A DNA stretch of 22,946 nt from Calditrichia bacterium (GCA_050633245.1 JBOEGD010000002.1:1-22946); one strand, 5' to 3'; shown: positions 8,618 through 17,291, counted from the stretch's first letter. Numbers and translations: made by a program. The notes: generated by a model from the letters alone, not told the origin.

Positions 8618-10396
8618 TTACAGTGCCTCAAGCACTGCGGTAAACTGAATCTGTTTTTCTTCCCGCAATACTTTAATTACCACGGTATCTCCGGGGGCAA
8701 ATTTGCCAAGGGCAAACGTATAGTCGTAAATATTCTTTATTTTCAGATCACCAAAAGCAGTTATAATGTCTCCACCTGCTAAGCCAGCGTTTTCTGCCGG
8801 ACTTCCTGCTTTAACACCGGTTATGCGAAGCCCCTGTGGATGATCGCTATAGTCGGGAATCGTTCCCATGCGAACGCGAAAGGACATACTGCTTCTGGCG
8901 CGAGGTGATTCTTCTGCTTCAATGAATGTCGGTTTTTCTGCCATCATCGCGATATACGATACGATGTCATGAGTAAACTCGGTTAGCGAATCCATTCCGG
9001 CATAATTGATTTTATCCCAATCATCACCCGGACGATGATAATCGTCGTGTAACCCCGTAAACAGACTGATAACCGGCAGCTTTTTGCTATAAAATGAAGA
9101 GTAATCGCTGGGCCCGTAGCCATCTTTATTTCGAGTCATCTGAAAGTTATATTTATTTTGCAATGAATCCAGCATCGCCGGCCACTCGCTTGCCGTCCCG
9201 GTTCCGTTAAGAATAATCTTTCCCTGTTCCATTCGGCCGATCATATCAAGATTAATCATTGCGATGCTTTGGTCAAGATCTACGAGTGGATTATCTACAT
9301 AATGTGACGATCCCAACAGTCCCATCTCTTCTGCACTAAACCCCATAAAAATGACCGGGCGCGGCAGCGGGTTCTTTGCAACCATCCGGGCAATCTCCAA
9401 TACTGCTGCAGTGCCCGAGGCATTATCATCAGCTCCATTGTGAATTTTGGGTTCACCGCTGTCATCACGTGAACCTGCGCCTCCCATACCCAGGTGATCA
9501 TAATGAGCGCCTACAATTATTGCTTCGTCTGCCAGGTCAGGATTGGTGCCGCTCACACGACCGACAACATTTACCGTTTGAGTTTTAAGCAGCTCAACAC
9601 CGACACTTAAAGACGCCCCCCAAGGCTTTAAGCTGCGGCTGGCTGGCGCTTTCGTATCGAGAATCTGTTTTTCTGCTGCAAGTAAAATTTCCTCTCCTCC
9701 AAATAGGGGAGCGATAATCTCGCGCTTTGCATGAATTGCCGGCATCCCATTAACATTGCTCATCTCCGGCGGTGCAAGTGTAATCAAATCGTCGCGCATA
9801 TCATGCGTATCGATTAGAATTACTGCGGCCGCTCCTTTTTCGCGCGCATTAATCAGCTTATAGTGAATCTCGGCAAAGTTCGCCAGTGGACCATGCGGGT
9901 CACCATCAACAAGCGGGAAGCCGCGCAAAACAACAACGATCGCTCCGGAGACATCTAAATTCGCATAATCATCATAATTTTTCTCAGGCGCACTGATACC
10001 ATATCCGGCAAAGACCATTTTACCAGAGGCTTTGCCGCTTGCTGATAGCCCAATCGGCGTGTAGGTCTCACCGACCACAAAGTTTGTTGGAGCAGAGCGC
10101 CCTGCAGTAACAACATAGTTATTTTCACCTACCAAATTAATTCCGGTAATGACATCGAATGACTGGCGATAGTTTTCACCAAGCGCATCGGCGCCGGCGG
10201 CCTTCATCTCCGCAGCAAGATAAGCTGCCGCAATTTCTATTTCAGGTGAACCGGGCTTACGGCCTTTCAGGTCGTCTGAGGAAAGAAACTTTACATGGTC
10301 ACGCAATTTGTCGAATCGCAAGTCATCGGCGGATTTTTGGGACGCACACTGCAGGCTAAAAAAGACAAGAAATAACATTGTCATTAAAACTTGCAT
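8618..10396 (-). CDS. M28 family aminopeptidase with PA and C-terminal PDZ domains, probable lipoprotein
   Basis: GAHYDHLG, GADDNASG, AEEMGLLGS, NLDMIG, YHRPGD metal ligands; PA insert VFAGYGI; PDZ GSPAENAGLAGGDII. Likely start ATG 10396 (MQVLMTMLFLVFFSLQC) rather than 10441. Confidence 0.92.
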   Translation of the reverse strand: MQVLMTMLFLVFFSLQCASQKSADDLRFDKLRDHVKFLSSDDLKGRKPGSPEIEIAAAYLAAEMKAAGADALGENYRQSFDVITGINLVGENNYVVTAGRSAPTNFVVGETYTPIGLSASGKASGKMVFAGYGISAPEKNYDDYANLDVSGAIVVVLRGFPLVDGDPHGPLANFAEIHYKLINAREKGAAAVILIDTHDMRDDLITLAPPEMSNVNGMPAIHAKREIIAPLFGGEEILLAAEKQILDTKAPASRSLKPWGASLSVGVELLKTQTVNVVGRVSGTNPDLADEAIIVGAHYDHLGMGGAGSRDDSGEPKIHNGADDNASGTAAVLEIARMVAKNPLPRPVIFMGFSAEEMGLLGSSHYVDNPLVDLDQSIAMINLDMIGRMEQGKIILNGTGTASEWPAMLDSLQNKYNFQMTRNKDGYGPSDYSSFYSKKLPVISLFTGLHDDYHRPGDDWDKINYAGMDSLTEFTHDIVSYIAMMAEKPTFIEAEESPRARSSMSFRVRMGTIPDYSDHPQGLRITGVKAGSPAENAGLAGGDIITAFGDLKIKNIYDYTFALGKFAPGDTVVIKVLREEKQIQFTAVLEAL

Positions 10397-10524
10397 TCTT
10401 TTGGTAGATAGCTGGCAGCAAATTTGAACTGGAGAGATCATCAGGTTTTTCCATTAAAGAAATTGTATTGAATAGTTTTCAAAATCTATAAAACCATTGC
10501 AATAAAACAACGTAGAAAAAATAT

Positions 10525-10540
10525 TGTAAGTGCTCTTACA
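10525..10540. promoter_or_regulatory. Palindromic candidate operator TGTAAG-N4-CTTACA
   Basis: Perfect 6-bp IR in the AT-rich divergent intergenic region 10442-10611. Confidence 0.45.
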
Positions 10541-10611
10541 CCTTTTTTCACAAAACGATTTTAGCTTGCCCCTGCGTCGTATATATTAAACGCAGTCACG
10601 AGATTAATTTT

Positions 10612-10983
10612 ATGAATACATACTCAACTCCCAATCCGGTTTTCACAGCATCTATTGCGATAGTGCTCGCAATATTCATGCTGTGTCCGCAAAATTTTGT
10701 TCAGTCAACTCCGGCCCCTTCCGAAGAGCCGGTCTCCTGCTGTGGTGAGTGCCACCCGAAGTCTTGCTGTAAGCTCATCAAACAAGTTGAAATTATGGAG
10801 GCCTGCTGTTCTTCTAACGTCATTCATGACATTATAAACTCTCCCAAATTGACTTTGTCTGATAAAGTATGTTTTGCAAAAACGTTCTTTACGCCTGAAT
10901 ACATATTAAACGATCGGCTTTTACACTGTTCCGAAGACTTAAACCGAGACATTCCGGTTCCGCCACCTCGGCTATGCGGTTAG
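10612..10983 (+). CDS. Small Cys-rich exported protein with C-terminal PVPPPR; DUF2946 / HYC_CC_PP-like regulatory leader ORF
   Basis: Hydrophobic N-terminal segment, 11 Cys including CCGECH, CC, CC; polyproline four residues from the stop; directly upstream of a co-oriented exported-protein gene. Confidence 0.7.
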   Translation: MNTYSTPNPVFTASIAIVLAIFMLCPQNFVQSTPAPSEEPVSCCGECHPKSCCKLIKQVEIMEACCSSNVIHDIINSPKLTLSDKVCFAKTFFTPEYILNDRLLHCSEDLNRDIPVPPPRLCG

Positions 10984-11044
10984 ATATTCAATTCATTATT
11001 CTTTCAACCGCAAAAAAGCTATTATGCTAAAAGGAACACTTAAG

Positions 11045-12466
11045 ATGCGTACATTTCGTTTATTTTTTATCACGCTTTTAATTCTTGCCGGAATTGCCGT
11101 TTCCTGTGACAAGAGTACCAGTCCGATAACCGAACCGATTGATTATGAGAACATTACAACTATCGACTATTCAACCCATGTTCAGCCTCTGCTGAATGAG
11201 TATAGCGGCATTCTTACGACAAACAGCATTATGCCCACCGGACTCAATATGTCTTCCTGGAGTGAGTTAATTAAAGGCTGGGAACGCGGTGAAGTCGTTA
11301 TTCCATTCGATGCTGACAACAGCCTTCTGGTTGAGCTGACAACCAAATTGGAAAGCACTACAGAGTTAGACAGCGTAAAAACAGCGTTCTTAACGCGCTG
11401 GATTAATGAAGGTGCCAAGAATGATGCAGGTGAAGTTCCTTATGAAGGTTCAGTAAATCGCGTTTACGTTTGTAATCAAAATGCCGGCACGGTATCGATC
11501 ATCGACACAGATGCTAACGTGGTTATCCGGAATATCAATTTCACCGCACTTGGCTTCTCTACAACTCCCAAGCCACACGACATTGCCGTCGAGCCTGATG
11601 GCAGCGCATGGTATGTCTCTCTGATCGGCGACGGCAAGGTACTGAAGTTCAACAGTGCAAACGAATTAGTTGGTCAGGCGGATTTTGTTGCAGCTGGAAT
11701 TTTGGCCATGCACCCGACTAAAGACCTGCTCTATGTAGGCCATACGCTCAGCATTCCGAATGTTCCCTCTACCAATGGTGTGATTACGCGTTCAACCATG
11801 ACGCTGGCCGATATTTCAGTTCCTTTTACTCGCCCTCACGGCCTTGTTGCCGACAAAGGTGGACGCTATGTATACAGCGCAAGTCTGGTAGACTATGCCA
11901 TCGGCGTTTTTGATACGGATACCGATCCGGCAAGCGGCAGCGCTTTTGCTTTTCCATCAGGTGCCAATCGCACTATCGTGCAGATCAATGTTGCCCCGGG
12001 AGACCAGCGTATGATCGCCTCCAGCCAACAAACCAGCGAGTTAATGGTTATGGATATCAGCGATCCCGCCAATATTACGGTAGTTGATTCATTTAATACG
12101 GGTGGAACCGCACCATGGCATCCGAAATATAATACGGCAGGAGACAAAATTTATGTCGGCAATAACGGTTCGCACCAAATTGCCGTATTAGATGCTACAA
12201 CCGGAAACATTCAGGCAACCATTGGTGCCGGTGACGGTAGTGATGGCCTGGCACAGCCGCATGGATTAGTTGTTGCCCCGGACGACGACTTTGTCTATGT
12301 TTCGAATCGCAATGTAGCGCAACTTTACACCCCGGCATTTGTTTTCGCCGACAGCTCCAATTCAAATCACGGAGCAGTAGCCGTTATCAATACGGCAACA
12401 AATACGCTCGAGAAAATCATCGAAATTGGCCCTTTTCCTTCAGGAATAGCCATTTACGAGCAGTAA
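11045..12466 (+). CDS. Lipoprotein: degenerate planctomycete-type cytochrome c-like domain plus YncE/YVTN beta-propeller
   Basis: AAGGA (11031-11035) before ATG 11045 (alternative start 11024); lipobox IAVS-C; IDY..VQPLL ... WINEGA domain; blades VYVCNQ, WYVSL, LYVGH, VYSAS, IYVGN, VYVSN; closing IEIGPFPSGI. Confidence 0.8.
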   Translation: MRTFRLFFITLLILAGIAVSCDKSTSPITEPIDYENITTIDYSTHVQPLLNEYSGILTTNSIMPTGLNMSSWSELIKGWERGEVVIPFDADNSLLVELTTKLESTTELDSVKTAFLTRWINEGAKNDAGEVPYEGSVNRVYVCNQNAGTVSIIDTDANVVIRNINFTALGFSTTPKPHDIAVEPDGSAWYVSLIGDGKVLKFNSANELVGQADFVAAGILAMHPTKDLLYVGHTLSIPNVPSTNGVITRSTMTLADISVPFTRPHGLVADKGGRYVYSASLVDYAIGVFDTDTDPASGSAFAFPSGANRTIVQINVAPGDQRMIASSQQTSELMVMDISDPANITVVDSFNTGGTAPWHPKYNTAGDKIYVGNNGSHQIAVLDATTGNIQATIGAGDGSDGLAQPHGLVVAPDDDFVYVSNRNVAQLYTPAFVFADSSNSNHGAVAVINTATNTLEKIIEIGPFPSGIAIYEQ

Positions 12467-12474
12467 AAATATTG

Positions 12475-12520
12475 CTTGCCAGACTGTTGTTAAGCATAAC
12501 GACGGTCTGGCAGGATTTTC
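12475..12520 (+). terminator. Long hairpin; putative leaky intrinsic terminator or mRNA stabiliser
   Basis: 18-bp stem cttgccagactgttgtta-agca-taacgacggtctggcagg (3 G.U pairs) followed by attttc. Confidence 0.65.
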
Positions 12521-12572
12521 GCATCAGACTCTCGCCCTGCGGCTGAGGGCCTTTTACATCAAGAGGCATTCA

Positions 12573-14777
12573 ATGAAATTTGTCAGCTATATCCTCACTA
12601 CAAGTTTTCTGCTATGCATACTTTCACCACTTGTGGCGCAAGATTGGCAGTTTGAGCAACGCATTAATCCGTTTCCGATTCTACAGTTAGACGGCACTCC
12701 ATACGCCCAGTCTATGATTGGTGGATTGAATACACCGCTACCGGACTTTGTAGACATTGATGCTGACGGAGATCCTGATCTGTTCATTAAGGATCGGGCG
12801 AACCGCCTTGTATTTCTGCGCAATACCGGCAGCGCAAGTGTGCCGGCATATAGTTGGGAAACCGATGATTATCAAAATCTGACTATCGGAGCCTGGTTCA
12901 AATTTGCAGACATAGACAACGATAATGACATCGATCTTTTTGCGGAACGCCCCTTCGGCATTATCAGTCTATTTCGCAATGAAGGCGACCCGACAAATCC
13001 TAACTTTGTGCGAGTTGTGGATAGCCTGAAAGATGATACCGGTAACATTATCCTTGTTGATGGATTTAGCGTACCCGAGTGGGCCGACATAGATTGCGAT
13101 AATGATAAAGATATGTTCCTAGGCAGACAGAGTGGTTATGTCTCATACTATGAAAATATCGGTTTGGATGGCGATGGTTTACCGATATTTAAGCTGATCA
13201 CGGAGACGTTTCAGGATCTCTATATTCAAAGCGGTGCGCGAAAGAGCGATTTAAAGACCAATCACGAACGGCACGGGGCCAATTCGCTAACCTGGGTTGA
13301 TATCGATGATGATAACGACCTCGATCTCTTCTGGGGCGATCTGTTTGCACCGAGCATCATCTTTTTCGAAAACCAGGGCACCTGCACCGATGTAATGATA
13401 GACACCTCCCAAATTGTAGAGAATTATCCGCCGGGTGCTCCTCTATCTACCGGCGGATTTAACGTACCGCGATTTACCGACCTCGACGGAGATAACGACT
13501 ACGATATGTTTGTTGGGATTCAGGGTGGTGCGATCTCATTTATTGCAGATCAGGAAGCCAACTTTTACTTCTATGAAAATATTGGAACACCGGCTGCTGC
13601 GAACTTTAATCTCGCAACCAAAACGCTGATCAGCAGTCTGGATATCGGCCGCAGCGCTGCACCAGCTCTGGCGGATTTGGATGGAGACGGCGACTTGGAT
13701 CTTTTTCTGTCAAACAAAGAAGACATCGATGCGCCCGATCTGCTCAACTGCCGTATCTTCTATTTCGAAAATGAAGGCAGTGCTTCCAGCCCGAGTTTTC
13801 GCCTGCGAAGTGAAAACTATTTGGATTATGACAAGCGGCTCGACTTGAATTATACCAGCGCTTTTTACGACCTGGATAATTCAGGAACCATCGACTTATT
13901 GCTTGGAAAATGGCAAGGCAACCTGACGTATTACCGCAATGATGGAACGCCAACAAATCCCAACCTGAACCGACTGGATGAGGATTTAGGTGGTATTGAT
14001 ATCGGTAACGATCATGCTCCCACGCTGGCCGACCTGGATGGCGACGGTGATTTGGATATGATTAGCGGCGAGTTCAGCGGCAATTTAAACTTTTTCCGCA
14101 ATACCGGAACAGCAACCAACCCGGTGTTTACACTTGAAGACCAAAACTATCTTGGCCTGGATGTCGGCTCATTCAGTTCGCCACACCTGGCTGATCTCGA
14201 CAACGATGGTGATGCCGACCTTCTTATCGGTAGCGATGATCAGGGGCTGTCGCTATGTCGCAATTACGGTACCCCGCAGGTCCCGGACTTCCAGCTCGAC
14301 CCATCATTTGATTTAGGCTTCGTGCACCCCGACGTTCATCCAACCACCGGTGATTTAGACAATGACGGCGATCTCGATCTGATTTGTGGTACTGATGGCG
14401 GAGGGATTGTCTTTTTTGAAAACCTTACGGTTATTTCCAGTTTGGAAGATCGGGATGGAACAAGAACGATTCTGCCAAAGGGTATTACCTTGCTCGACAA
14501 TTATCCGAACCCGTTCAATCCTTCAACAACGATTCGAATTGGTTTCAACCTCAGATATTCGCAGTTGGGTCAGGATTATTCACTATCCATTTATAATACA
14601 GTCGGTCAACTCATCCGACGCTGGCAAAATGTTGTGAGTAACACTGAAATTAATACAGAAATCAACTGGGATGGCACCAACGGGAGTGGGAACCCTGTAG
14701 GGAGTGGTGTTTATCTCTACGAGTTAAAACTCGAAGATGGCCTTTCTAAAACCGGCAAGATGCTACTGGCGCGCTGA
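12573..14777 (+). CDS. Secreted FG-GAP/VCBS repeat protein with C-terminal FlgD-Ig / T9SS-like sorting domain
   Basis: Signal peptide (..LVA-Q); ten D[IL]DxDxDxD-type repeats, each followed by a YxNxG-like turn; NYPNPFNPSTTI...WDGTN..G..VGSGVYLY tail; AGAGG upstream. Confidence 0.88.
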   Translation: MKFVSYILTTSFLLCILSPLVAQDWQFEQRINPFPILQLDGTPYAQSMIGGLNTPLPDFVDIDADGDPDLFIKDRANRLVFLRNTGSASVPAYSWETDDYQNLTIGAWFKFADIDNDNDIDLFAERPFGIISLFRNEGDPTNPNFVRVVDSLKDDTGNIILVDGFSVPEWADIDCDNDKDMFLGRQSGYVSYYENIGLDGDGLPIFKLITETFQDLYIQSGARKSDLKTNHERHGANSLTWVDIDDDNDLDLFWGDLFAPSIIFFENQGTCTDVMIDTSQIVENYPPGAPLSTGGFNVPRFTDLDGDNDYDMFVGIQGGAISFIADQEANFYFYENIGTPAAANFNLATKTLISSLDIGRSAAPALADLDGDGDLDLFLSNKEDIDAPDLLNCRIFYFENEGSASSPSFRLRSENYLDYDKRLDLNYTSAFYDLDNSGTIDLLLGKWQGNLTYYRNDGTPTNPNLNRLDEDLGGIDIGNDHAPTLADLDGDGDLDMISGEFSGNLNFFRNTGTATNPVFTLEDQNYLGLDVGSFSSPHLADLDNDGDADLLIGSDDQGLSLCRNYGTPQVPDFQLDPSFDLGFVHPDVHPTTGDLDNDGDLDLICGTDGGGIVFFENLTVISSLEDRDGTRTILPKGITLLDNYPNPFNPSTTIRIGFNLRYSQLGQDYSLSIYNTVGQLIRRWQNVVSNTEINTEINWDGTNGSGNPVGSGVYLYELKLEDGLSKTGKMLLAR

Positions 14778-15722
14778 ACGGTTTCGCATTTGTTCCTTAG
14801 ACGGTGAAACTTTTTCGCCGTCTTTGTCTATCCAATAGGTTTCAAAGTCATCCGTTACCTGAGCAATCCCCCCAAGAAAAGATAGAGCCTCTCTAAACTT
14901 GGCAGGAACTTTTACTTCTCCACTGCGGTCAATATATCCCCATTGTGAATTTTGCTTTACCAAAGCGAGACCTTCTGAGAAATCACGCACTTCCGGATAA
15001 AGGGGTTCGATAACGAATTCGCCAGAATGATCGATAAAGCCAAAAAGACTGTCCACCCTTACCGCTGCAAGACTATCACGAAAGCAGTTTGCATAATCGA
15101 ATCGTGGCTCAATAGCGAATTCACCAGAAGCATTAATATAGCCCCGCTTATCCCCTTTGCGTACCGGCGCCAGGCCTTCAGAGAAATTCCCGGCATGCTC
15201 AAACTGTAGATCCACAATTAGCTTACCGCGCTTGTCGATATAGCCATACCGCATTTTGCGGTTTGTCAACCAGCCGCTAATAACTCCGACATAAGCATAT
15301 CCCTCAGAGAAATCTCCTGCATTATCATATTCAGCTCTAATGCGCGTATTGCCCGAGCGATTAATAAACCCCCAACGAAAAGCAGACTTGAAGAAGCTGA
15401 ACCGACTGAGCTGGACTCGCGCGAGCCCCTCAGAGAAATCCCCAGCCTGGCGAAATTTTGGCTCAATAACAATTTCCCCGGTGCTATCCAGGTAGCCATA
15501 TTTGGAATAATTTTGGTGTTCAACGCGAAACAGTGCACGACCTTCACTTAACGCACCAACATAGGCAATATCAGGCAAACCTCTGTCGTTTGAGAGGGAT
15601 TTAATTTCCTGCGCCATTAACCCCGTCCCCAAACACAGGGCCAGGAAAAAATGGATGTGTTTGTTCTGCAGCGCAAGTTGTGCTATTTTCAAGTAATCCA
15701 AAACGTAAGCCCTTTTTAACAA
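14763..15722 (-). CDS. WG (KWG) repeat-containing exported protein
   Basis: Repeated [YW]G[YF]ID..G...I...F..A.DFSEGLA.V units; start uncertain (TTG 15722 or TTG 15692). Confidence 0.85.
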   Translation of the reverse strand: MLKRAYVLDYLKIAQLALQNKHIHFFLALCLGTGLMAQEIKSLSNDRGLPDIAYVGALSEGRALFRVEHQNYSKYGYLDSTGEIVIEPKFRQAGDFSEGLARVQLSRFSFFKSAFRWGFINRSGNTRIRAEYDNAGDFSEGYAYVGVISGWLTNRKMRYGYIDKRGKLIVDLQFEHAGNFSEGLAPVRKGDKRGYINASGEFAIEPRFDYANCFRDSLAAVRVDSLFGFIDHSGEFVIEPLYPEVRDFSEGLALVKQNSQWGYIDRSGEVKVPAKFREALSFLGGIAQVTDDFETYWIDKDGEKVSPSKEQMRNRSARQ

Positions 15723-15833
15723 TGTTTTCTTTATGTACCCTATTCCCGGCAGAGATAACTTTTCTGAAAAAAAATGATCATTTTTAAACCACTATAAACC
15801 ACCTTGAAACCTGCCTGCTCATACGTTCTGTGC

Positions 15834-16481
15834 CTACCGTTGTTTTTTATAAAACAACATTGCATGAATCTGGCAAACAGGACCCAGTATCGCGTAAATT
15901 ATTCCCGGGAAACCGAAAGTTAGCCCCACATGAAAAAATGCCAACGTTATTGACAAGGTGCCGATTAAAACAAAGAGACCGTAGTGACGGCTGGAAAAGG
16001 TAGCGTCCAAACGATCTTTTTTAGATATGTCTTCCTTATTGGCTGCATGGCGGTACAACAATGCAAAACAAATAAAAATGGCAATAAATCCCGCACCATA
16101 GAGCATAAACAACAGCGCTAAATCATCGGCACTCTGAAAAACAGGAGGCGTATTCTTTTTTGGAAAAAACCCCTGAATAAACGACTCGCACATAAATTTT
16201 AGTGGATAAACATAGTAGAGGATTACAAAAAGCAGGCACGAATTTAAAACAGTGGTCGTCCGATCATCCATTCTATAGCGACGAAAAAAGGAGCGATGAA
16301 TGCTCCAAATCAGAACCAGAGCCAAAAAGCTCAGGCCAAAGGCAATAAAACCTTTCAGGTCTTCCAACAGCGCAGGAAATGTGTCCGGAACATCCAGTGA
16401 GACAACCAACAGCGTTGCGGAAAATGCAAAGACCGCATCGCTGAAGGCTTCAAGTCTGGAGGGGCTATGATCATGCTTCAT
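15834..16481 (-). CDS. TMEM175 (DUF1211) family potassium/ion channel
   Basis: RLEAFSDAVFAFSATLL signature in TM1, W..H..FF in TM2, LN..LL...YP in TM3; about six TM segments. Confidence 0.88.
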   Translation of the reverse strand: MKHDHSPSRLEAFSDAVFAFSATLLVVSLDVPDTFPALLEDLKGFIAFGLSFLALVLIWSIHRSFFRRYRMDDRTTTVLNSCLLFVILYYVYPLKFMCESFIQGFFPKKNTPPVFQSADDLALLFMLYGAGFIAIFICFALLYRHAANKEDISKKDRLDATFSSRHYGLFVLIGTLSITLAFFHVGLTFGFPGIIYAILGPVCQIHAMLFYKKQR

Positions 16482-16517
16482 AAATAGACCTTATATTAAA
16501 AATTTTACCAGCGTCGT

Positions 16518-17291
16518 CTAATAACGAAAATGCTTGATCTGCTCACCGCTTTTACCGATTCCGGTCATAGATTGAATGCCAAGCTGAAGATGCAGGTCTA
16601 CAAAGTTACGCGTAACTTCCTGATCAGACTCTTCCGTTTTCACACCGGACGGAATCATTGGCACATCCGAAACCAATAGCAACGCCCCAGTGGAAATTCG
16701 ATTAACAAAGCCGGCAACGAAGAGTGTCGCCGTCTCCATATCAATACCTATTACAGCGAGTCTTCGAAGATACTTCTTAAACTTTTTATCCCACTCCCAC
16801 ACTCTGCGGTTAGCGGTATAAACCACACCGGTGCGGTATTCGAGATCTTGTTCTACCAAAAGCTGAGATACATATTTGTGCAGCTTAAATGCTGGAAGAG
16901 CCGGAGCCTTGCGCGGCATATAGTCATCGCTGGTTCCCTCACCGCGAATAGCAGCACTGGGCAAGATAAAATGGCCAAGTTCTGTTGAGCGCTTCAACCC
17001 ACCACATTTACCGAGGAACAGGACGCCCTTGGGATCGCGAGCACTTAACAAGTCCATAATCGTTGCGGCGTTGGGCGAACCCATCCCAAAGTTAATAATG
17101 CTAAGACCTGCGCTGTTTGTAGATGCCTGCATCGGACGATTTTCTCCTGAGATATCACAACCGAACTGGTCTGCAAACTTGTTCACATAATTACCAAAGT
17201 TGGTAAGAAGAATATAGTCGCCGAAACCGTCAATTGGCATACCGGTATAGCGAGGCAGCCAAGCCTTGGCCTGATCCATTTTTGTTTTCAT
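16518..17291 (-). CDS. amn: AMP nucleosidase (short Bacteroidota-type, PNP/UDP fold)
   Basis: WLPRYTG, YILLTNF, NFGMGSPNAATIMDLL, LGKCGGL, AIRGEGTS, DMETAT; GGAG upstream. Confidence 0.9.
   Translation of the reverse strand: MKTKMDQAKAWLPRYTGMPIDGFGDYILLTNFGNYVNKFADQFGCDISGENRPMQASTNSAGLSIINFGMGSPNAATIMDLLSARDPKGVLFLGKCGGLKRSTELGHFILPSAAIRGEGTSDDYMPRKAPALPAFKLHKYVSQLLVEQDLEYRTGVVYTANRRVWEWDKKFKKYLRRLAVIGIDMETATLFVAGFVNRISTGALLLVSDVPMIPSGVKTEESDQEVTRNFVDLHLQLGIQSMTGIGKSGEQIKHFRY

Noticed and set aside
11045-12466. Calling the propeller protein NirS, NirN or NosZ
   Set aside because: No CxxCH, no CuA domain and no nir/nos neighbours; only an architectural resemblance
14763-14777. 15-nt convergent overlap (and the zero-gap convergent junction at 18229/18230)
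   Set aside because: Common in compact genomes; no evidence of a regulatory role
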